Positions 26,801 through 38,020 of a DNA stretch of 64,000 nucleotides are shown piece by piece (within the stretch, counting starts at the first letter, position 1; every line of letters begins with the position of its first letter). The position numbers and the translations under genes were made by a program. The notes below the pieces were generated by a model. It saw only the letters and a list, made by a program, of their open reading frames with translations, was not told the DNA's origin and searched no databases. Source of the DNA: Tubulanus polymorphus (taxonomy: Eukaryota > Animalia > Nemertea); contig NC_134026.1 of NCBI RefSeq assembly GCF_964204645.1, forward strand, positions 23,780,150-23,844,149, read 5' to 3'.

Positions 26801-27090
26801 ACGCCAACATTGAGAACAAGTTTCTAATTCTAACTCAAATTCACCATTCCTTATAACTAAACACCAAATTCGTTATAGCACCATATTTTCATAGGTCCCA
26901 AGAGTGGCATTATAAAGGACTTTCTGTTCACTGTACTGTATATATACCGGTGTTGAAATTTAGTTTTTCAAGGGATTGCATTTGTATTTTCAAGGGAAAA
27001 GGAGTGATGTTGACGTATTGGTTACTTGGTAAACATGGCGACAGCATGAAATTTTTGTACCATTCAGAATCGGAGAGCATCGGTGGATAG
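23830..27090 (+). CDS. Membrane guanylyl cyclase with a NIT (nitrate/nitrite-sensing) extracellular domain (NIT-GC)
   Basis: Order: TM1 ([18 protein letters not shown]), NIT-like helical domain ([19 protein letters not shown]), TM2 ([22 protein letters not shown]), LLYQMLP hinge, cyclase domain ([57 protein letters not shown]). The E and C specificity residues indicate GTP. No kinase-homology domain. Exons start at about 23830, 24998, 26034, 26309, 26485 and 26995. Confidence 0.88.
24683..24957. mobile_element. Non-autonomous DNA transposon with CAGGGGCGGATCCAG-type ends, in NIT-GC intron 1
   Basis: The right end is TCCTGGATCCGCCCCTG and the left end is a degenerate CAGGAGCCAAACTAG. The interior is more GC-rich than the flanks. 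Confidence 0.5.
26751..26933. mobile_element. Tc1/mariner (pogo/Tigger-like) MITE in the last NIT-GC intron
   Basis: TA|CAGTCAATGTCCGTTATACTGCCA ... TGGCATTATAAAGGACTTTCTGTTCACTG|TA: TA flanks plus imperfect terminal and subterminal inverted repeats. Confidence 0.55.
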
Positions 27091-27858
27091 ATGCAGCAGT
27101 TCGTATTACGGTTGTTACTTGTGGTGCACTTAAATGATTTTTTCTTATTTTTCAAATTACTATCAATGGATATAAATGTCAATAGCTCACATACTTTAGC
27201 CATTACAAAAATTGATGCATTTAATCATATCATATACATATTCCTTGCTCATTTCCTGTTTTAAGTGTTACAAAGAAGTTCCATAGTATCCGAAATTGTC
27301 CAGTTGTGGTTAAGAACATTGTCCTCTACAATGCATCTATGATGGAAACTTTTGTTATGAATACATTCATCCAGAATGAAAATTGCTTCTTCAAGCTAAT
27401 TCTTTGAGTTGATACCTATGGTTTGCCATCCGTCTGATCATATTTAGTACGACGAGGTTTCACGCCTGCAGCATGGATTCCAAGGAATTCAGCGATGTCC
27501 ATTCAAGATACATACAGCAAACATAACTCCCAAGAAATCCGATAAGCCTCTTTATAACGTTAAACTGTGAGCACACATTGTACTAAGATCACATTTTTAT
27601 TCACACTTGTAATACAAGGACGTTTGAATATAATGTTTGTTCGAGATAAAAAATCTTTATCGTATTCCTGCAGTCGCTAGTATTTCAAGTTGATGTTTTT
27701 TTTTCAAGGATTTCTCGCTATAATTACAAGTAACGATATAATGTTGTATAAACAAAGAATTGAATCGGAGAAAGATTTTTCACGCCCACCAAATTGTTCA
27801 GTACAAAAATTTTCTGCTGAGTCAAAGACTTATTTGCTCATGCTACTGATGATTTTTT

Positions 27859-28904
27859 TTACACTCCTTCTCCTTTTGACGCTTCATCGAAGTTTTCGAC
27901 CAACTCTGAAAAGAGTAATGATAAATAAATTTCTAATTCCAAGGAATGAATTTAAAGGACTGAGCAGCAAATACTGGTAACAACTTACCGGGAACATCAT
28001 CATCGTCATCTACTTCATCTGTGGCAGTTTTGATGTCAGCTACAATGAACGAAACATTAAATTCATGAGCAATATTCAAGCTAAAATTCAATTTTCATCG
28101 AATGCAAACAGCAAATCTATTGACTCACTGGGAGGTGGCAGTTTCTCTGCTAAGGATCGAAGATGGGTCAAATTTTCAGATCCGAGCTGATTTAGTATTC
28201 CCGGCAGCATCGATGTGATTTCTGAAATAATGAATAATGAATTTCTTGAAAAGCTAGTCGAGAAAACACAGCGAAATAGAAATCGAGAACGAATCAATAG
28301 TTCCTTATTCTGAAATGAATAAACATTTATGAGGCATAGTGACAACTCACGTTTTAATTCAGGGTGACCAAGTATGGCAAACGTATTAGCAGTCAGCGAA
28401 GCCTGAGCTTTTGGATTGATGAAATGGAGAACTGTTCCATCATCTTTAATCATATTCACCTGAAAAAATAATTAGATTTTATACAAATACAAGATAATAA
28501 AATAAAAAGCTGCATTTTCCACATTTCAACGCAGCACCCAGCAATTGTCATCTAGGAATTCCATTGTGACTAATTAATTCAATACGTTTGCATACCTCTT
28601 CAATACCAGGGATTGGATTGATACTCAGTTTCTTCAGACAACTCTGCAATTTTTTATCATCAGTCGTTGCAGTTCGGTGGACGGTCTTCTTCTTCCTCCT
28701 AGGAGTTCCCTAAAACAATTTCGTATTCAATCTAATCAATCAGAAATTGAGTTAATTATCAGGCCTAAATACATCATATCGTCCATATAGAACAATATTT
28801 TGAGCAATATCAACTCTATTATCATTAGTATAACAAGGAAAAATACTCACTTTTCCCCCCATTCGAACTTCATTTTTCAATTTCGACAGTTTTTGAGCGT
28901 TCAT
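27859..28904 (-). CDS. BTF3: Transcription factor BTF3 / nascent polypeptide-associated complex beta subunit
   Basis: Spliced product [18 protein letters not shown]|[38 protein letters not shown]|[36 protein letters not shown]|..[14 protein letters not shown]...DDDDVP|[15 protein letters not shown]. Confidence 0.95.
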
Positions 28905-29269
28905 ATTTGCGGAAATGCTTCTCTTCTATCAATCTACAAATACATAACAAAAACTTGGTTGAAACAGTTGTGGTCATTGCATATTAAACATAAACCAGCA
29001 TAAAACAAATTGTTAACCTAAGCCGAGGAAAAGATTCATAAGCAAGAATACGATAACGATCTTTAATGTAGCTTTAATGTGGTTTCTCTTCGGTAATTAG
29101 TACATCCGAATGCCGGCCATATTTTCTCAATTTACCGACGAAAACGATTGAAAACGTCGAAAATTTCTCTCGCCGAGACACAACAATTAATGGTGTCACG
29201 GCGTAGGTGAAAAATTCATAACTTGGAATCATTTGCAATTACGTAGATAAAGAATAAAGGCGATTACCT

Positions 29270-29480
29270 TTCAAAAATTGAGGATAAAATGAGGATTTAC
29301 ATAGACCACATGAGGGAACGGAAGCGTGAAAGAATGACGTCATGTTCCTATTTCGGACCGCGGGTCGGACCTATTTTCGTTGTGATCGTACGGTGCTGCC
29401 ACCAATCCAAGATGTCAGCCTCCTAAAAGAAAAAAAAATTCAAAATATATCAATATATCAGCATGATTACAGCATTACTT
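29270..29480. promoter_or_regulatory. Probable bidirectional promoter shared by BTF3 and TOE1
   Basis: The start codons are head-to-head, 758 bp apart. This is a CpG-richer patch with an ETS-like CGGAAG (29319) and a CRE TGACGTCA (29335-29342). A minus-strand splice donor near 29267 suggests a non-coding BTF3 exon 1. Confidence 0.5.
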
Positions 29481-29661
29481 CGTGCCGGTAAATTTTTGCA
29501 ATCATTTGATGAACGATTCATGCATTTCTCGTTTTGCTTATTAAAGATTGTGATAGATTCCAGATTGAATCGCCCCTTGTTGATAACTCTTTTACTTTTT
29601 TAGAAGAATAACGATATCTGATTATCTTTCTTGGACTTGATATCACTGACAAAACACAATA

Positions 29662-31851
29662 ATGTCAAGTGCCAATTTTCACGAAGTCCCTGTAGTTGAT
29701 GTAACAAGGGACAATATTGTTGAAATATGGCCGTCTTTACAATTCTCTCTTCAGCAAGCTATGTTTGTTGCTCTGGATTTGGTAAGAAATGTCAATGATA
29801 AAAACAACCTGCTCGGTTTATTTTTTCTAACATATTGCTGAACATGAAAATAATGTTTTGAATTATGATGCCTTTTTCAGGAAATGAGTGGAATTGGAAA
29901 TCGAAAGACACTGATGGCTAAGTAAGATCTTTTAATTATGAAAGTTTCTATCCTTATTTTAACTATTTCATGGTCTAGATGAAAACAACGTTTATCTCTA
30001 TTTTCTTGCAGATCTATTGATGATAGGTATAGAGGATTGTGTGAAACTGCTAGAACGAGATCAATTCTGTCGATCGGTCTGTCATGTTTCTGCCACAACA
30101 CTAGTTCCGATACAGAAAATATCTCCGATGCAAATCTAGCTCTGAAATTCACCGTTCACACTTACAACATTACGGTATTGTGTGAAGATAACTATACAGT
30201 TGAGCCTTTGTCATTGACATTTTTGGTTGAGCATGGATTTGATTTTAACAAACAATATATGAAAGGTGTCTATTATCATCGAGAAGATAAGGTAGGCCTA
30301 ACATAAATAAGGTCAAACGCTACTTTGAGTTTAGCACCTGTATGATTGAATTCTATACTTAAGCTAAGAACTGTTATACAGGCTGAGAAGAAGAAGGACA
30401 CTAGTAAACCGTGCTTAAGGAGGCTATTTCAACAGTTGATAACCAACGAAGTACCTATAGTATTCCACAATGCTTTGGTAGATTTGGTATTTTTGTATCA
30501 GAACCTATACACGCAGTTACCAGCGAATCTATCTCAGTTCACTGCTGACTTAAGTGAAATGTTCCCTAGTGGAATTTACGATACCAAATTCGTAACAGAA
30601 TTCATGGAAAGGACACCTGCCTCATACCTCGAGTACATATTTCGGAAAAGGTAAATTACCAACCCATACATTGGAAACTTGGGATGTTGCCGGTAAAAAG
30701 GTGAATGCATATCGTTTCTGTTTTATAGACAAAAAGACAATCTTGAACAGTGTTTGATGAAGGAAAAGCATATCCTGATAGACTTTCCTAAATATCCAGC
30801 TAGTTGTGATTATGTTGAACAAAGGGGATGTTCTCTTGATTCAGAACAGAACCAGAATGTTAAACTGTGTGAATGTTTTTCGGTGAGTGGGGATATTGGT
30901 TGATCCTTTGTAATACTGGCGGAGCCAGTCTCAGATAAGATGCATTGTCAACCTTCTTATTCTGAATGAACTCAGTGATGGGAATTTATTATGATCAGCT
31001 TTTGGAGCCAAATTGATTATATTTATAGGATTTCTCAATGAATCATCATTTTAAACTGCCACATACAGCTAAGTTAGTGGGAGAAACGTTTTGGACATTA
31101 TCCAGTCATCATGGAAAATAAGTTCATATATACCGTACCTTCAACTGGTTAACGAATTAGAATTCCAACTGAAGCCTGAAATGTATACTTTGGTCATGAA
31201 TGAATAATCTGGTCTGTTGTAGAATCATGGATGGTGTGCATTGGGAAAGAATTGTCCTAATTCGCATGACGTCGATGCCATTTTACGAAAAGAAGACGTA
31301 GCACTGGTAAACAAACAGCGTAAACGAAATCGACGGAAGCGCGCACGGCCGGGTAGTGAATCAACGATAGGAGAGTGCGCCACTGTTGAAGAACGTGTGG
31401 CCTCCGTGACAGTGAATGACAACTCGAATAATGCTGGGCTTACTGGCGATTGCTCCCAGGAGTCTTCAGATATTGATATACCACAAAATGGTATGTCTGG
31501 CAAGTCATTTGAATTTGATTGTTGTACTAACTGATACTTTATGGCTCCTGCTTCTCTTTTTCAGGTGAACAAGTACAGAGCAATGTTGTAACTAAATCAA
31601 GATGTGAAGGTCATCGAGCTGGATTTGATGCATTTATGACAGGATTCACAATGGGAACTTTCATAGCCAAGTATGGAAAGTCCGTTTCGGATAATCCGAT
31701 AAAGCTTAGCGACTTCGGAATACAGGAATTAGTGAATCGGATTTATCTTAGTGGAAAGGACTATGCCCTTCAAATCAAGAAGAGTGATTTCTCAAAACCG
31801 TCAAAAGGACATAGAATTAAGATTCAAATGTTAAAAGGAGAAATTACTTAA
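29662..31851 (+). CDS. TOE1: Target of EGR1 protein 1 (CAF1-family DEDD deadenylase, snRNA 3' trimming)
   Basis: Motifs VPVVDVTRDNIVEIWPSL...FVALDL|EMSGIGNRK, RTRSILSIGLSCF, FLVEHGFDFNKQY, HNALVDLVFLYQ and GIYDTK; a C3H zinc finger (C...CALGKNCPNSH); a basic NLS KRNRRKRAR; and HRAGFDAFMTG. AATAAA near 31869. Confidence 0.92.
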
Positions 31852-33310
31852 TTTCTTAAAACATTGGCAAATAAAAAGTTTTCATTAGAAATCTGTTTGT
31901 GATGGTTGAAAAGGTAGCTTCCATTTCTGTTCAGGCTGGTTTTATTAATGGCGAGATCTGATGGAATACCAGTATTCATCCATACTTAGATTAAAGCAAG
32001 ACGTCGTTAATCAATTGTATAGGATTAACACTTAAGAATGATGAGCAGTTAAAATGTCTACCATGGGCGCAATTCACTAAAATGTATGTGCATCTTTCTA
32101 TGCACCAAGTGCTTTCTTCTGCTTAAGCATTACTACTACAATACATGTCATATACCCAAATGGTTCACTAAGCTCAATGCCTCCTTGAGAAAGAACTATA
32201 CACAAATCATATTCATACAAAACGAACACATGGCTTTATTTTACCAATTAGTACAAAAATGATTACTTATTGCTCACACAAACTATATCAACCTAAATGA
32301 TGAGACATACATGATATCAGCAGTCGATTTGAGCAAACACATGTGGTGTGGTCCTATAGGTGAAAACGGGAGGTTCACATCCACAGAACATCCTTTTACA
32401 TGTGTGAAATATCGAAAAGTGTCGATAGTTAAAGTTGGTCCAAAATATTGTTCTTATGGTTTAGCTGACTGATGAAAACAATACTGAAACTTCAAACAAC
32501 TGATGGCCTATATCAACAAGTGTACAGATAACAATAAACAAGAGCACAAACTACTATTAAATGCATCATTAATGTCCAGTGGGACTCCTTCGTGCAAGTC
32601 GGGTACAATGAACAACAATATGAACATTTCTATATCAGACCTTTGCCAGTGGTACAATTCTTATTTCCAAAGACAATCACAAATGAATCAATAGTCGACG
32701 ACAATGAAAGCTTAATGATAATATGAAACTGGAACCAAAATATTATCGAGGGACCAGTTCATGGCGCACAACTCTGAACGTTTTTTTTCCCGCATAAGAT
32801 TACACAATATATAATAACACCAAGAGTAACAGTTCAGTTTAGCACCATTACCAGTTTTTAGATTCAGAAATATATCTCTGCAGTGCATGTCGGGTATCGA
32901 ATATCGCTGCCGTTGAGGAAACTGATGGAAAGTACCTTCGTACACTCATATCAACTTCATTTCATCATGATTTCTCCTTAAATATTATACAAACACTGTA
33001 ACAACACACAACTTTCATACAATACATGGTACATAAAAATACAGCTGCTGAAATTTTTGTCATGACAATCTTAGATGTACATCATGCTCAATAAACCATT
33101 TTCCGACTTGTTCATTCAGGTGTACCCATTTTGATGTCGAGAAATTACTTAGTTACACATCTAGCATATATTATGATGCACCATTGTATTAACATACATT
33201 ATGAAAATAACAATTACACAGTCTCACTAGGCTAAACATTGTATATGGAATGTATATCAACAGTTATTGGCAAAGACTCCATAAAATGTTCTCATATTAT
33301 TCGAGTTCAT

Positions 33311-36300
33311 CTATCCACTAGTTTCAGTGACCATTTTTTCTTCAGCTTGGCTCTCTTTTACATCTTCCAGCTTTTTAGCGACTATCTTTTCTGGCACGAC
33401 CTCCTTAAAAACAAGATAACGTGTCATTAAGGACATAATCCAAGTAATAGAATATGGCAATAAAATTGAAAATGGTAATTCATTCATAACTTATGGCGCT
33501 CTTACTTTTTTGTCACCATCCCCACCGTCAGCGTGGCCATTAGACTTTCCATTGGAAACACCATTTGATGAACCGTTTGCCACACCGTTAGTACCATTCT
33601 CTTGTTTAGCCTTCTTTACATCGGCTTCATCTTCTGCCCCATCTTCTGGCTTTCTCTACAGAAAAATAAAATCATTGGAAATTTTAAAATAATTGATACA
33701 GCTGCTACAGGGTAATTGCAGCTAATTAATGAATACAAACCTTTTTTCGTACGAGATGAGAAATATTGTCAGGTTTTGCTTCATCATTATTCCTCTTAAC
33801 ACTTATCTGAAATTGAAAAGATCAGAATGATTTATTAATATAGTCTAATGCTTACGCCAAGTTACTTAAGTACTGGTCTCGAAAAACGGATTGAGGTACT
33901 TTGAAATTTGTAACTCCTACGGAAAAATTATATTTACAGTTGAAATTTCAGAGGTAGAAGCTGTGGACGACTCTCCAAAACCAATCGAAACTTCTGCACC
34001 ACCACCAACTGCTTCTAAGGCTTTAGTTTTGAGTTCTGCAAAATTCTTTTTCTCTTCAACAGCATCTTCAATCTACAAAAAATAGTTGAGCCAGTGGTCA
34101 GCCTCTAGAAACTGGTAGATAAGGTATTGCCACCTATATGATTTCAGGGTGGCCATTTCTATTTCATTTGTTTTTTCCACGACATGCATGTTGTTTACCC
34201 TGATTGATCTGCTAAGAATTCAATCAATTAACTCAGCCAAATTCATAGATGCAAGCTGTTTGATTATTTGCGCAATCTCAACAAATTTCCCCAACTTTTC
34301 CATTTTAACAAAATTACCTGACTGTTTCAAAGAAAAGAAAACGATTTGCAGGTAAGCGACCACCCTGATTTTATATCGTACACATAACGGCTATCATCCA
34401 CCATGTACTTGGGATTTATAATGGCTCATAATTTAAGGTTGAGAAACTAATAACCTATCATTACTCAGCAAAGAAATAAGAATGCTACTTACTTTAGCTT
34501 TTACGTCTGGTAGGATATCTTTCAGTTCTTTAATCTCCTGTTCGACAGCGGCTTTATCTGAATCTATAAACATCATGATCCAATAAAACATCTTCATGAA
34601 CATTTAAGACGAATACCTTTTATCTTGTCATCAACTTACCTTTATCAAATTTGTTTTCCTCAACTGTTTTGGTTAATGCGTCTAAAAGAGGAAATTATAT
34701 CGATTACCATGTAGTTCACCCATTTCGCTACAGAAAATCTATAATACACCGTGACTTACCTATTTTTCCTTCTATTACTTTAACAGCACTGCGATAAGCA
34801 TCTATAGATTCATCGTAAAGACCGTGGAAGCACATAGCTAAACCGAGTTGATAATTAGTTTCAGCTAGTAAACGATCGTTCGGTTCCAAGTATTTCTCTT
34901 GAATACGGAGGCACTCTTTCAGATCTTCGATAGCTCGTTCACAGTTTTCTTAACAAAATAATGTGAAAATTGCCAATGAAAATTAATTCGCAATTGTGTA
35001 GGCATATCCTCTGAAAGATTATGCCTGTTTATTGCTATCTAAGAAAAGGGATGTCACTCGCAAAATCTACCTGTTTCGATGCTTAGCTCTCCAAGTTTAA
35101 GATGTGCCTGCGCCGCTTTTAGAGCGTGCTCTTTATCATCTTTTTTGAGGTAGATAACGCGAGCTAAATCTAACATTTCCCAAGCAACCTGAACATTTGA
35201 CACATCATCCTCCTGCAATTATCATAAAAAGATAATTGTTTCCTAGTTGTATTCAACCAGAAAGGTATAATACGGGTATCTAAGAGCTGAATCAGATTAA
35301 CAAAGATGAAGGGCTCATCTCTGCTTTACCTCTTTATCTTTATCTTCATCTTCCTCTGCATCCATCTCTTCATCTCCTTCTTCATCTTGTGACTTATCAT
35401 CATCACCATTCTGCGACTTCTCATCTTCATTTTCTGGCTTGTCTTCTTCCTTGCCCTCTGCCTCGGCTACAGTGTCCGCATCTTCTGACATGAAAGGATA
35501 GGATATGTTAACTAAACTCTACATGAGGGATGATTAGAAATTAAAATCAACAGAAAACAAAAGGAATATTATCAACAGCATGCTTGAAACAAATCCATCT
35601 CAATGTCATAAAAGCAACGGAAGAAAAGGTTAGTTAACTGTGCATCGATTCAACTAATTTTTCACTAAGTAAAACTGGAGTTAAATTTACTTTGAATGGG
35701 TGCTGAAATGTACAGGAATTTGTGCATGTGAGGGTTAAACGGGGCATTACCAGGATTAGGTTTTTCAGCAGATTTGTCAGAAGATACTTCAGCAGGCGTT
35801 TCATCAGTTTCCGACATCTTTTCATCTTGTTTATCATCACTTTTTTCTGTACTAAGTTCAACTTTTTTCTCATCAGATTTTTCAGTAGTCTCTTTAGTCT
35901 CAGCTTGTTTTTCACCTGTTACTTCTGATATTTCTTCATCTTGCTTTTCGTCTGATTTTTCAGCTGTATCTGCAGACTCCTCAGTAGTTTTGTCACCATT
36001 TTCCTCTTTAGTTTGCACCTCAGGATCCTTTTCGAGCATAGCATCAATGACATCATCAGCTATCTTTTCGCGTTCCTCATTGGCTAATAATGGGGTAAAG
36101 GGTATAAAGGAATTCAACTCCAGCCAGAAGGAAAAGTGCACTACAGGTCTTTCCATTCAAGATGCTTAACCAGATTACCAACACACAGAAGTGTAAGTTT
36201 TCTCTGATAAAGAATCAGTTTACAAAGAAAGGGAAGTATTGCGTAAGTCATTGGAATATACTTTATAAGAGAAATTAACCATACCGATATTTTTGACTTT

Positions 36301-37344
36301 AGGGACTTTTGGTGGTTCATCAGATTCAGTTACGTCTTCTTCCTCAGTTTCATCATCTTCAGGCACTAAAAACAAAATCAGATAATGAAATACATAATTG
36401 AATCTATTCTACATGTACAAACTAAGTTATTTCATGAAATACATGATTGAATCCATTCTACATGTACAAACTAAGTTATTTCAGGGGCCTACCTCCTTTG
36501 AGAGCATTTCCTATTACACCAGGTTCCATGCGCACCAATTCTAAAAGTGCTTTTCCATAGAAGAAATATGCTTCAGCGCATTCTTCCGCAATTTCTCCAT
36601 AGCATTCACCACTTAAATGAAAGATGATTATTTCACTCAGCTCAATACCGTAGAAAAAATCAGAAAGTTTTACTTTTGACTTTAGTATATTAATCAGAAG
36701 AGCTCCGATACACCAAGAAGTTTCAATTTTTCCAGGTCTTAGAGAATCAATTTACGACATTACTCTCAAGACGCTTCCAAACTGTTACCAACTTACAGAA
36801 GACGTGAAGCTTCTTGAAGATCATTGACCGATTTGGCAATTTCTCCACACAACAGATTTCTCTTTCCTTGAGCTAGCAATTCTTCGGCATTCTCGATGAC
36901 TTTCTGCTTATCATTGGCACTATCCTTCTCAGTGCTTTCACTAAAATCATACAAAATTTAACATTTCAATTTTACAGTTCACGAGGTTGTAAATGAGGGT
37001 TCACTCACGTTTTAAAGGGCAATAGCGAATGTCAATATTGAGTATCTGTAGAAATGATAATGTGTATAATTTAGCTATTGAAGCTGAAGGCAAGGTTTAA
37101 TGAAAAATTACATATAATATGAAAAAATGTAATTTTTGAGGCTCCATTTTGAGCTTTTTACAAGAGTAGTGTTGCAACTACAGAAAGATTAAGATTAAGA
37201 AAGAAAGGAAGTGAACAAGAAAAAAACTCTTGCTAGTTTTAGTTTTTGAATGCGAGTTAGAAAAATTAAATAAACATATCCTTACGTGGTTTCAACTGGG
37301 GGTTCTACACTCTCAGGAGCAGTTTCTGCTTTTTCATTAGCCAT
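33311..37344 (-). CDS. NASP: Nuclear autoantigenic sperm protein / histone-binding protein N1/N2 (SHNi-TPR histone chaperone)
   Basis: Motifs [54 protein letters not shown], a long acidic insert, [56 protein letters not shown] and [12 protein letters not shown]. The end is either ...ETSG* (33311) or, if the last intron is retained, KVRAP* (33491). Confidence 0.92.
36385..36483. repeat. 49-bp tandem duplication in a NASP intron
   Basis: ATGAAATACAT(A/G)ATTGAATC(T/C)ATTCTACATGTACAAACTAAGTTATTTC occurs twice, at 36385 and 36434. Confidence 0.85.
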
Positions 37345-37495
37345 ATTTGAAGCGCTAAATGGTATTTGTAGAGAAGAATTTCGCTGAAAGCTGACAACCT
37401 TTCGCGCCTTTTGTCCAGGAACTGGCGGAAAATGGGTCAATCTGACGTGACACTCTCGATGTTTCAGCGTAAAATGTTCGATATTCAAAATATCT
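37345..37495 (-). promoter_or_regulatory. NASP proximal promoter/5' UTR with E2F-like sites
   Basis: TTTCGCGC (37400-37407) and TGGCGGAAAA (37423-37432) match the E2F consensus; CHR-like TTTGAA hexamers are nearby. This fits an S-phase histone chaperone, but the evidence is motif-only. Confidence 0.35.
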
Positions 37496-38020
37496 TGTCA
37501 CAAAAGTACCAACTCATATAAACTTAAGTATAATGTTTTTCTAATGGATACTTTAATTCAAGGATTACAGCAAAGAAAAAAGATAATTTTGATGGAGATT
37601 ATCTATTTGCGGAATGAGCAACGGACACTGAGTCCCGGCGGCGCAGTGGAAAATAAAACACGGATTTGGAATTAATTTACTTGCGGCTTCACGCCGGTTG
37701 GCAGTTACGCGATGAATGTGCTAATTAATTTTTTACATGAAGAAGAAATGAAAATGCATACATGCGCGGTAAAGGGCGTTAGTTCAATGAGAAATTTGGA
37801 ACTCTGAAATTTGGAAGGCCGGCGTCAAATGCAATCTATCAAATTTAATCAGGGTGCTAGACCAAGATAAGATTAAAAAGCTCGTATATGCGACACTTTA
37901 TCTTGCCTATTTTTCAAGTCCGTACATGGTCCCACCAAAGTCGGGTCACATTGTAATTGTGGGTTTTGCTTGTGATCAGGAGGTAGGACGAGCTGTTTGT
38001 GGGTTGTATGTTTACGAAAA

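Noticed and set aside
28735-28830. Possible C/D snoRNA in a BTF3 intron (minus-strand ATGATAA...CTGA)
   Set aside because: The C box is imperfect and I could see only about 8 nt of possible rRNA complementarity; it needs snoscan or cmscan.
32465-32495. CTGATGA...GAAAC in the NASP 3' region
   Set aside because: The intervening bases cannot form stem II.
36620-36790. Two hairpins in a NASP intron resembling an H/ACA snoRNA
   Set aside because: No clean ANANNA hinge and no terminal ACA box.
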